Below are positions 33,153 through 41,675 of a stretch of DNA of 64,000 bases, piece after piece. Origin of the DNA: Candidatus Altimarinota bacterium (GTDB lineage: Bacteria; Patescibacteriota; Gracilibacteria; JBDHUY01); the NCBI GenBank assembly GCA_039809385.1, contig JBDHUY010000004.1:1-64000 (forward strand), given 5' to 3'. Positions within the stretch are counted from its first letter, which is position 1. Each line of letters opens with the position of its first letter. The notes below the pieces were generated by a model that saw only the letters and a list, made by a program, of their open reading frames with translations, made no database searches and was not told the DNA's origin. The position numbers were made by a program, and so were the translations under genes.

Positions 33153-33911
33153 TCACGAATGTTCCACGGACACCCTTGTCAGATCATTCGGATCATATTT
33201 TACATAGACTTCACAACCGGGCTGGTATTTGGGAATCGAACTTTCCATGATAGCCGCCTTGGCGGTTGCCTGAAATTTGGCACTTCCTTCAGGGGTGACT
33301 TCCAGTAATAACTGCACGAACGGATTATTGCCATTCACGTTGATCCCGAGCGGGGTACATTGCAGTATCTTGGCTTTGGCGCTTGTTCCCGTAGCAATGA
33401 TCTGCTGGTTCATCGCATCGATGTCCATCAGCATCTTCTGTAATCCTTCCTGCGAGGCCGTGCCTGCCGCCCCGCTCCCCACCACCGCTACTTTCATCGG
33501 ATCTGCCTGATCTACCATCACGGATACTTCCATGCCGGGTTGGTACATAGATGTTTGCAAGCGTGAAATAATTGATTTGGCTTCGGCCTGGTATTTCGGA
33601 TATCCTTTTCTTCGCACTTCCAGGGTCATCTTTATCTGAGGGTTCTCGTTAACCGTTACCCCTGTATCTTGCAAACTTAGAATCGTCGCCGTAGCCGGTT
33701 CGCCGGATTTCATCAGTCGCGCGGCTTCAAACATCGGTTTCATGATCGGACGGACGACAAAGAAGAATACCGAACCGAAAATACCGATGAAAATAACCGC
33801 GAAAATGGAACCCATCACCGGATCGGCCCAGATACCGGCTGTTAGTCCGGCCAGGCCGCCCAGGATACCGAGTACTACACCGATTTTGGCACCGATGGGA
33901 ATTTTGGTCAT
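33153..33911 (-). CDS. Membrane protein with two tandem OB-like (DUF3592-like) domains
   Basis: Two N-terminal TMs; duplicated G.PA.A.IL...TG..VN.NP...YQPG..V.V..D unit. Confidence 0.75.
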   Translation of the reverse strand: MTKIPIGAKIGVVLGILGGLAGLTAGIWADPVMGSIFAVIFIGIFGSVFFFVVRPIMKPMFEAARLMKSGEPATATILSLQDTGVTVNENPQIKMTLEVRRKGYPKYQAEAKSIISRLQTSMYQPGMEVSVMVDQADPMKVAVVGSGAAGTASQEGLQKMLMDIDAMNQQIIATGTSAKAKILQCTPLGINVNGNNPFVQLLLEVTPEGSAKFQATAKAAIMESSIPKYQPGCEVYVKYDPNDLTRVSVEHS

Positions 33912-33953
33912 AGGGGGGAGGGGGAAAGGTATAAAGTATCTGGTATACAGTAT

Positions 33954-34192
33954 TTAGTATGGGGCATCTTGGCTATGTTGATATAGTGCAATCATTTTGA
34001 CTGCCTGTTGGATGCGTTTGACGCGGGTGTCTGTTTTTTTCGCGTCCTGGATGGCTTTCAGGTATTCCCGCTGGTGGCCCGGCGGTATATTCCCAAATTT
34101 GTTTGTAAGAGCCGCCTGATCAAGCGCTGCGCGGAAGTCTGCAGGTAATACCGGTTTTGCGGATGTTGTCGACGCCCTATCTTTGTTGGCAT
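33954..34192 (-). pseudogene. YdeI/OmpD-associated (OmdA) small protein, frameshifted near the start
   Basis: LPADFRAAL...PGHQREYLKAIQDAKKTDTRVKRI; ATG at 34192 is out of frame by one missing A; absent from the ORF track. Confidence 0.7.
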
Positions 34193-34313
34193 TATGATAT
34201 TTTACAAATCTGCTTCTATCCTAATAAACACTGACAGAAAAGGCGAATGGTTTTTATAAAACGAATTTCTGGTTGGGATTTTGCCGGGCAGGTATTACAA
34301 TGATAATCGAATG

Positions 34314-34572
34314 TTGGGAATGAAACGTACATGCCTACCATCCTGAACCCCCTAGCCGGGGGTAAGGAGGCTACTGTCCATGCTTGCCGGGTGCTGGTCA
34401 GGAAAACAGCATCATTGTCCCTACGCTGAGAACAACGTTACATTTATCCGCCCTACTGTAACGGGCAGCTTCACTTGAGGACAAGCATGACACGTATGGT
34501 TTTGTGTTCTATGTTTTCTGACTGCTGACAGCTATTGGCTGACCGCCCGGCAGGTATGGCTCCACTTCTCCT
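34314..34572 (+). ncRNA. Candidate structured ncRNA (6S-like or unknown)
   Basis: Promoter TTGGGA-17-TACAAT (34273-34301); nested stems CATGCTTG/CAAGCATG, CCCCC/GGGGG, GGTGCTG/CAGCATC, CGTTACA/TGTAACG; no ORF of 60 aa or more. Confidence 0.4.
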
Positions 34573-34641
34573 GGGCAGAGATATAGGGCTGCCACTACGG
34601 TTGTCTTCTAATTTCGCACTTTTTACTTTGAATTTTCCTGT

Positions 34642-36123
34642 ATGTCCTACCCCTATTTCGATACGATGATCGCCGAGTATCTGCTTGATTCGGGCAGCCG
34701 GCGTTATGCGCTCTCCGATCTGGCTTTAAAATACCTCGACTACACCATGATCGAGTACGAGGAAGTCACCGGCAAAGGCAAAGACCAAGTGACGTTTGAC
34801 CAGGTTGATGTGGAAAAAGCTACCCAGTACTCGGCCGAAGATGCCGAAATCGCGCTTTCTTTACAGCAAATTTTGATGGAAAAACTCAAAGAAGAGGACC
34901 TGTACGAATTGTTCACGACGATCGAAATGCCGTTGGTACCGGTTCTGGCACGTATGGAGGAGCACGGAATCAAAATAGATGTTCCTTTTTTGGCCGAGCT
35001 TTCCCGACAGTTTCAGGCAGAGATGAACCGCTTGCAAACGGAAATTACGGAACTGGCCGGCGGGCCTTTTAACCTCAATTCTCCCAAACAGTTGCAGGTC
35101 GTTCTGTTTGAAACGCTCAAGTTGCCGATCAAGAAAAAAACTAAAACCGGTCCGTCGACCGATATTACCGTGTTGGAAGAACTGGCCAAAGAACACCCCT
35201 TGCCGGCCAAAATGGTCGAGTACCGCGAATATCAAAAGCTGAAATCGACGTATGTCGACGCATTGCCTCAAATGGTTAATCCCGATACTGGGCGAGTCCA
35301 TACCTCGTATAATCAGACGATTGCCGCGACCGGGCGCCTTTCTTCTACCAATCCGAATTTACAGAATATCCCCATCCGGACCGAACTGGGGAAACAGCTC
35401 AGAAAAGCTTTTATCGCTTCAGAGGGGCATGTGCTTTTGTCGATCGATTATTCCCAGATCGAGCTGCGTATCTTTGCCCACATAGCCGATGAAACCGGAT
35501 TGATCGAAGCTTTTCAGCGGGGCGAAGATATTCATACTTCAACCGCATCGCGTATCTTTAATTTGTCTTTGGCCGAGGTGTCTAAAGAACAGCGCCGGTA
35601 TGCCAAGACGATCAACTTCGGGCTGATGTACGGCATGGGGCCGTTCCGCCTTTCCAACGAGCTGGGTATTACTATGGACGAGGCCAAACAGTTTATCGAA
35701 CAGTATTTTGCTTTTTTCCCCAATATCAAAGCCACGATGGATCAGATCATCGAAGAGACAAAATCAAAGGGTTACACGACAACGCTGTTTGGGCGTAAAC
35801 GCTATATTCCCGAGATTAACAATCTGAACCGCAACCTGCAAGAAGCCGGAAAACGCGAAGCGGTCAACAGCGTAATTCAGGGAACCAATGCCGATGTTAT
35901 CAAAATTGCCATGATTCGGCTTGACGAGCTCTTCAGAGCGCAAAACGTGCGAACGCGGATGCTTCTGCAAATTCACGACGAACTGCTCTTTGAAGTGCCT
36001 GAAAACGAGCTGGATATGATGAAAGAACTGATTCCGCCGGTGATGGAATCGGTAATCGACCTGAAAGCTCCGCTTAAGGTAGAGTTGGGCACGGGAAAAA
36101 ACTGGCTGGAAGCGCACGAGTAG
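34642..36123 (+). CDS. polA: DNA polymerase I, polymerase domain only (no 5-prime nuclease)
   Basis: TGRLSSTNPNLQNIP, DYSQIELR, AKTINFGLMYG, LLQIHDEL; begins mid exonuclease domain (FDTMIAEYLL); in-frame TAA at 34609. Confidence 0.93.
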   Translation: MSYPYFDTMIAEYLLDSGSRRYALSDLALKYLDYTMIEYEEVTGKGKDQVTFDQVDVEKATQYSAEDAEIALSLQQILMEKLKEEDLYELFTTIEMPLVPVLARMEEHGIKIDVPFLAELSRQFQAEMNRLQTEITELAGGPFNLNSPKQLQVVLFETLKLPIKKKTKTGPSTDITVLEELAKEHPLPAKMVEYREYQKLKSTYVDALPQMVNPDTGRVHTSYNQTIAATGRLSSTNPNLQNIPIRTELGKQLRKAFIASEGHVLLSIDYSQIELRIFAHIADETGLIEAFQRGEDIHTSTASRIFNLSLAEVSKEQRRYAKTINFGLMYGMGPFRLSNELGITMDEAKQFIEQYFAFFPNIKATMDQIIEETKSKGYTTTLFGRKRYIPEINNLNRNLQEAGKREAVNSVIQGTNADVIKIAMIRLDELFRAQNVRTRMLLQIHDELLFEVPENELDMMKELIPPVMESVIDLKAPLKVELGTGKNWLEAHE

Positions 36124-36330
36124 GGGAATCGAAACTCTTTCCCGTAGGGATCTATAACATCGTAGAAGAGCAGACAGGGATCTCTAAATCTATGAGTCAG
36201 ATGCCCTATACCAAATACCTGAAACTTACTACTTGTTTTATCGTTTCTTGTCTTCGGCTCTTTTTGCCATGTATTTAAAAAAATCAAGCAACGGATTGCT
36301 TGATTCCGGTCGTTTGATTCTTCCGGATTT

Positions 36331-36519
36331 TCAGGCCAAAGTAAGTCGCTTGGCAGCCCGGCGCTGGGTTTGTTTTGTAACACGTAATGGGCTTTGAACT
36401 GCACCCGGATCCTGGTAGCTGCAGCCGCTACAGCTGGCACTTTCCAAAAACTCGCCGCAGTTGGGGCAGGGGGTGTCGGCAAGGTTTGATTCCATCCAGA
36501 TCGACGAATACAGTTTCAT
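36331..36519 (-). CDS. Small zinc-ribbon protein
   Basis: CPNC...CSGC, ATG start. Confidence 0.5.
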   Translation of the reverse strand: MKLYSSIWMESNLADTPCPNCGEFLESASCSGCSYQDPGAVQSPLRVTKQTQRRAAKRLTLA

Positions 36520-36867
36520 AGTTTTTTATATGTGATTTTTGAATGCTGTTAGTATTTTACGACACATAAAGCATAAATGTCAATTATTTTTTCTCGTCGC
36601 TCCCAAAGAGGAGTACCCGAATTTTTCAACAATGATTGGTAATCTCCCGTGCCTATTCTTTTTTGCCCCAAAAAATGAGAGGTTTTGTTGAGTCGTTGTA
36701 CGAACAGAGGAAGTATGCTATAGTCATCCTCGCTTTTTTAAGGAACCTTACAGTTGCTGTCTCCCTCATGCGTGCTTCCTGTTTCCTAATTCAAGGCACG
36801 AAGACCTAAAAAGGTTTAGGATGAACGTTTCGTTCCCATACCTACTACTTTATACTTCATACTTCCC

Positions 36868-38322
36868 ATGGTCCGCACCCGTTTTGCGCCCAGTCCCACC
36901 GGTTATCTGCATATCGGAGGTCTTCGTACCGCCCTTTACTCGTATTTATTTGCAAAGAAACACGACGGACAGTTTATCTTACGTGTCGAAGATACCGATC
37001 AGAAACGCTATGTGGAAGGAGCGATCGAGGCTATCACGCGCGGCATGCACTGGGCCGGAGTCCTCTACGACGAGGGCCCCGATAATGGTGGTCCCTATGC
37101 CCCGTACATTCAATCGCAGCGCAAAGATAAATATCTGCCCTATGCGCTTTCGCTCATCGAGAAAGGACATGCCTATTACTGCTTTTGTACTCCCGAACGC
37201 TTGCAACAGATGCGCGAAGAACAGCAACAAAAACATCTTCCTCCCAAATACGACCGTCATTGCCTTGTTTTATCGGAAGAAGAAAAAAAGACCAGACTTC
37301 AGAATGGGGAGGCCCATGTAATCCGCATGAAAGTTCCCGACAATCGTGAACTCGTGCTGGAAGATTTGGTCAAGGGACCGGTTAGTTTCAATACCAAAGA
37401 CGTCGATGATCAAGTTCTTATCAAATCGGACGGCTTGCCCACGTACCAGCTGGCGGTGGTGATCGACGACCATCTCATGGAAATATCGCATGTTATCCGG
37501 GCCGAAGAGTGGCTCCCCAGCAGCCCCAAACAGATGCTCTTGTTCGAATACTTCGGCTGGCAGTTGCCTCATTTCGCTCACGTGTCGGACGTGCTGGCTC
37601 CCGGAGGGGGTGGCAAGAAGCTCAGCAAACGCGACGGCGCTGTTTCTCTGGACGAATTTGCCGCCCAAGGCTATTTGCCGGACGCGACCATGAATTATAT
37701 AGCTTTCGTCGGCTGGAATCCGGGTACGACCCAGGAATTCTTCAGCATGCCGGAATTGATCGAAGCTTTCTCGCTCGAACGTTGTCAGAAAGCCGGGGCG
37801 ATTTTTGACTATAAGCGGTTGAACTGGATGAATGGTCAGTACATTCGTAAAAAAAACGTTCAGGAATTGAGCGCACTGCTTAAACCGTTTCTTCAGGATC
37901 AGTCGTGGTATCGTGAGGACGATGCTTTCTTGGAAAAAGCGGCTGTCGAGGTACAGGCCCGGATGGAGACTCTCGTGCAGGGACGCGAAATGCTCGAGTC
38001 CTTCTATACCCGGGTTGACTATGCAAAAGATCTGATTCTGAACGAAAAGATGAAAGTTTCCGAGCCCATAGGACAGACTAGCCTGAAGCTGATTCTGGAA
38101 AAACTCACGCTTCAGGAAATCTGGGAAAAAGAATCGTTGCAACAGACCCTGCAGCAGATCGTCGCACAAAACGGTCTGACGAACGGACAAGTATTCTGGC
38201 CGCTGCGGGCGGTACTTTCCGGTAAACCCGCTTCTCCGGGTGCTTTTGAAATGGCGTATGTGCTGGGAAAGACCGAAACGTTGGCGCGCATTGAGCAGGG
38301 ACTCTCGAAAATGGGGAAATGA
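36868..38322 (+). CDS. gltX: Glutamate--tRNA ligase
   Basis: RFAPSPTGYLHIG, LRVEDTD, KLSKR. Confidence 0.97.
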   Translation: MVRTRFAPSPTGYLHIGGLRTALYSYLFAKKHDGQFILRVEDTDQKRYVEGAIEAITRGMHWAGVLYDEGPDNGGPYAPYIQSQRKDKYLPYALSLIEKGHAYYCFCTPERLQQMREEQQQKHLPPKYDRHCLVLSEEEKKTRLQNGEAHVIRMKVPDNRELVLEDLVKGPVSFNTKDVDDQVLIKSDGLPTYQLAVVIDDHLMEISHVIRAEEWLPSSPKQMLLFEYFGWQLPHFAHVSDVLAPGGGGKKLSKRDGAVSLDEFAAQGYLPDATMNYIAFVGWNPGTTQEFFSMPELIEAFSLERCQKAGAIFDYKRLNWMNGQYIRKKNVQELSALLKPFLQDQSWYREDDAFLEKAAVEVQARMETLVQGREMLESFYTRVDYAKDLILNEKMKVSEPIGQTSLKLILEKLTLQEIWEKESLQQTLQQIVAQNGLTNGQVFWPLRAVLSGKPASPGAFEMAYVLGKTETLARIEQGLSKMGK

Positions 38323-38377
38323 GTTCAAAGTTCAAAGTTCAAAGTTCAAAGTTCAAAGTTCAAAGTTCAAAGTTCAA
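38322..38377. repeat. Perfect heptamer tandem repeat (AGTTCAA)x8
   Basis: Read directly; begins at the gltX stop codon. Confidence 0.95.
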
Positions 38378-38521
38378 ATCAATACTCCTTAGTGATTGCC
38401 CCCATACCAAATACCAAATACCAAATACATACTACTATTGTTCCCTCCCCTACTTTTCTCTTGAAGATTTTTAGAAAAAATTTATAGTGGGATTGTCACT
38501 CTTGTTCCTTTTTCCATTACA

Positions 38522-38845
38522 ATGAAATATCATCAACTGAAGCATATTCTGAACGCTATCAAGCATAATACTCGCTGTCCGCAGTGTACCAAAATGTACC
38601 CCCTGGACGAGGTCGATTTGATCGATTTGTTTGAAAACGAGGGCGTGATCGATTTCTTTTGCCCTACTTGTAAATTGGGAATGTCTCTGAATATCCAGCT
38701 GGAAGAATTTCATCCCGGCAATGCCGAGGAAGTTGTGTCGCGTTTTACCAAATCCGAGATCAGCGACGGCGAAGTACAGAATTTCTCGCTGTTGCTCAAG
38801 AATCATCGCGGCGGTTTGGAGGATTTGTTTAAGCCTGTAGAATAA
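38522..38845 (+). CDS. Hypothetical CxxC...CxxC zinc-binding protein
   Basis: CPQC and CPTC. Confidence 0.75.
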   Translation: MKYHQLKHILNAIKHNTRCPQCTKMYPLDEVDLIDLFENEGVIDFFCPTCKLGMSLNIQLEEFHPGNAEEVVSRFTKSEISDGEVQNFSLLLKNHRGGLEDLFKPVE

Positions 38846-38867
38846 ATTCCGATTTTTTTCGTCTTCT

Positions 38868-39155
38868 ATGATCGTTCCGGATCGGACTTTTGTGGCTCGT
38901 ATGCTTTCCGTGGTTGTGATTGGTCTGATCGTGGTTTCCCTCTCGGGCTGCAGTTTCTTTGGCGATGCCGGGAAAGAGGCCCAAAAACAAGCCGAGTCCG
39001 CCCAAAAGACGTTTAACGAGACGGTGGATAAGGCGAATAGGACGATCAACGATGCTAAGAATAAAGTTGAGAATGTACAAAAAGCTGCCGGCGACCTGCA
39101 AAAGAGTGTGAACGATCTGGGGAATTGGGGGCAGGGAAACGGCAATGCCAAGTAG
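38868..39155 (+). CDS. Small coiled-coil lipoprotein
   Basis: LSGC lipobox followed by heptad repeats. Confidence 0.75.
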   Translation: MIVPDRTFVARMLSVVVIGLIVVSLSGCSFFGDAGKEAQKQAESAQKTFNETVDKANRTINDAKNKVENVQKAAGDLQKSVNDLGNWGQGNGNAK

Positions 39156-39353
39156 AATCTTCAGTTGTTAAAAAAATGATAAACTGTTTTTCTAAAACAG
39201 CTTTTTTCCTGTAATCTGTCAATCCCTGATTGTCCTGCTTTTTGGTTTTGTCAATAATATTTTGAAGCTTGATAGAGAGCAACTGCCCGGAAGGGTTGGA
39301 CAGTGGGAGGAGGCGGTGCTAAATTCAAAAAGCATTTTAATACCAAAAATCGT

Positions 39354-41450
39354 ATGGTAACACTCGGACCCGAGTTACCGGGGATAGAAAATGGCGAAAC
39401 AGATACAAATAAACTCCGATTAACAATTGAGGGAATAATGCAGAGCATCATGGTAGACTTTCTTGATGCTATTTCCAGAGAGGGGAAGAATCATCTTTTT
39501 GAGCATACAATCTCTTTTGACCGAGAACATGTCGGTAGAAAGGACATGACTACCCTAAAGATACCTGCACTTGAGGATGAAGGGGCAGGAAATCCATCAG
39601 ATATCCAATCAGTCCCGGTATTAAATTCGCTCGATCAAGCTGTAAAGCTCAGAAACGCTAATAATCATGCGGCAAGTCTTGAAAATATTGCCCGGATGGT
39701 TGCTCAACAAGAAGATATACACCACATTTTTCTGGCACTTCATTACTTCATACCCGAACAAATCGATCAATTGGGAGACACTGCGCTCGATCTGCTAAAT
39801 AGGGTACTTCAATCAGTGAGAAAATCTATTTCTTCTGTCAAAGATCCTATAGAACGGAGTTCCATGACGAACCGAATCGATGTTTTTTATAACGAGCTCA
39901 ATGCTATTAACGTGCGCGGCGATTTCACTATTACCGATTTAATGAAGCAGGAAATTTATTTCAACGATTATCCCGATACGCTCGGTATTATGCTCTATAA
40001 AAGAGAGCTTTTTGCTCCTGCATTGCAATACCTTCGTAAGGCTATTGATTTGTTAGAAAATGCTTATTCAAGAGAATCGGATTTTTATAAAAAATTCTCC
40101 ATTGTATTACGACTGAGCCATATCTTGAACGTTCTTGGAGCTGCAGAGATGCGCAGTGGAAAGAGCATTTCAAAGATTCAACCGATTATTCGTGCTTCGC
40201 AATCAGTACATACCTCCTTGAATAATCCTGTGGAAGCCGCACGACGTTCCGTCAATCTGGATTTTATGAATCTCCACGATCACCCTACCGATGTTTATCA
40301 TACCACCTTGACTAGTGGTAACCTTGCCGTGAACTTCTCGCAAATCGCCACTTCCATGGAGGTTTCGAAGAATATTTTCGAAGTGAATAAAAGTCACAAA
40401 AGTCTAATACGAGTTACCCTGAACCTTGGTATTCTTTATTGCTATGAAGGAAAATCTCTCCAGGGTGCTAATTTAACGAATATGAGTATTCAAAAATATG
40501 AAAAAGCTCTTGTGTATTTGCAGAATGCAAGTAATCTTTGTCAACGCCATAACATTATGAATGATTATGTTGAAATACTGAATTATATGTCTATGGTTCA
40601 GGCTATTATGGGATCCCGCCAATTTGCTTTGCTCAATAATGAAGCGGCACTGCGTATTTTGGACAATGCTGTGATCAAGAATAAAAATGAACGGAAGGTT
40701 CAAAAGATCATTGCCAACTTGGTCTCAATTTTTATTAATTTTGGCAACGATATAAGAAATCCCGAGGTGGTAAAACAAATGAATGTTAAACTGATCGAGT
40801 TGTTTAGAGAAATATTTTCAATAGATTTATATACTTTTCAACATAGTGATAACACGGGACTTTTGCTGAAATTCTCAGGAGAACCATTCATTCAGGATTT
40901 CAAGTCTACTTATCCCGAGCTTGCGGGAATTTCACCGGATGATTTATACATAGTCGGGCTTTTTCATGATTTAGGAAAAATGGGCATACTTCCTAGTATC
41001 TTGTATAAACCTGATAAACTTACAAAAGAAGAGCAAGAAGAGATGCAAGAGCATCCTATGATGGGCGTTCGGTATTTGCAAAGGTTGTTCTTTTTCATGT
41101 CTAATTTTCCAATTGAACTTATCAAGCGCGGAATTTCTGAGCACCATCGCTGGTATAAAGGTGGTAACGGAAAAGGTTATCCAGCCTCATCCGATCTGCT
41201 TTATCCCGAAACTCATGTTATCTCGCAGCTTCTTACAATTTGCGATTTCTTCGATGCATTGCGGCAGAGAAGGCCATATAGAGCTACCAGTTATTACCCC
41301 GAAGATATATTTCGTTCCTATGTAGAGGATAGAGAGAGTACTTCACAAGAGAAGAAATTTAATCCAGAATTAACAAGCTACTTTATGGAATTATTCAAAG
41401 AACCCGAAAAACGAGATTACATTGATAGTCTCTATAATAGATCAAACTGA
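39354..41450 (+). CDS. TPR-like + HD-GYP phosphodiesterase
   Basis: FHDLGK, KPDKLT.EE, HP..G, HH.W..G.GYP, DFFDAL...RPYR; helical repeats upstream; start uncertain (ORF from 39303). Confidence 0.85.
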   Translation: MVTLGPELPGIENGETDTNKLRLTIEGIMQSIMVDFLDAISREGKNHLFEHTISFDREHVGRKDMTTLKIPALEDEGAGNPSDIQSVPVLNSLDQAVKLRNANNHAASLENIARMVAQQEDIHHIFLALHYFIPEQIDQLGDTALDLLNRVLQSVRKSISSVKDPIERSSMTNRIDVFYNELNAINVRGDFTITDLMKQEIYFNDYPDTLGIMLYKRELFAPALQYLRKAIDLLENAYSRESDFYKKFSIVLRLSHILNVLGAAEMRSGKSISKIQPIIRASQSVHTSLNNPVEAARRSVNLDFMNLHDHPTDVYHTTLTSGNLAVNFSQIATSMEVSKNIFEVNKSHKSLIRVTLNLGILYCYEGKSLQGANLTNMSIQKYEKALVYLQNASNLCQRHNIMNDYVEILNYMSMVQAIMGSRQFALLNNEAALRILDNAVIKNKNERKVQKIIANLVSIFINFGNDIRNPEVVKQMNVKLIELFREIFSIDLYTFQHSDNTGLLLKFSGEPFIQDFKSTYPELAGISPDDLYIVGLFHDLGKMGILPSILYKPDKLTKEEQEEMQEHPMMGVRYLQRLFFFMSNFPIELIKRGISEHHRWYKGGNGKGYPASSDLLYPETHVISQLLTICDFFDALRQRRPYRATSYYPEDIFRSYVEDRESTSQEKKFNPELTSYFMELFKEPEKRDYIDSLYNRSN

Positions 41451-41489
41451 TACATTTAATGTGCTTGTTTTGGAAAATGGGAATGTATA

Positions 41490-41517
41490 TTGACTAAACA
41501 GGTAAGTATTCTATAAT
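41490..41517 (+). promoter_or_regulatory. Sigma70-type promoter of candidate sRNA
   Basis: TTGACT-16 bp-TATAAT. Confidence 0.6.
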
Positions 41518-41518
41518 A

Positions 41519-41652
41519 AATATGGTTGAAATAATAGATCAACCATATTATTTCCTTTAACAATCAGTCCATGGACGTATAAGTTCAGGTTGGTTGTCGG
41601 AGGACAAAAACCAAAACAAAAGGCACACTCCCTCGGGAATCGTGCTTTTTTG
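41519..41652 (+). ncRNA. Candidate small RNA with two hairpins and a terminator
   Basis: AATATGGTTGA/TCAACCATATT stem; long G-U-rich stem 41553-41604; terminator 41617-41652. Confidence 0.45.
41617..41652. terminator. Bidirectional intrinsic terminator
   Basis: CAAAAGGCAC...GTGCTTTTTTG between convergent units. Confidence 0.75.
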
Positions 41653-41675
41653 TTATGCGGTCTTAAACGAACTTT

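Noticed and set aside
34310-34600. Group I/II intron, SRP RNA or tmRNA
   Set aside because: Only fragmentary resemblances (AATGTTGGGAA, GAGATATAG, GTCAGG...CAGCA); no P7 pairing, domain V, SRP helix-8 tetraloop or tRNA-like ends.
37270-38328. 352-aa antisense ORF over gltX and similar shadow ORFs throughout
   Set aside because: Antisense shadows of well-supported genes with no motifs of their own.
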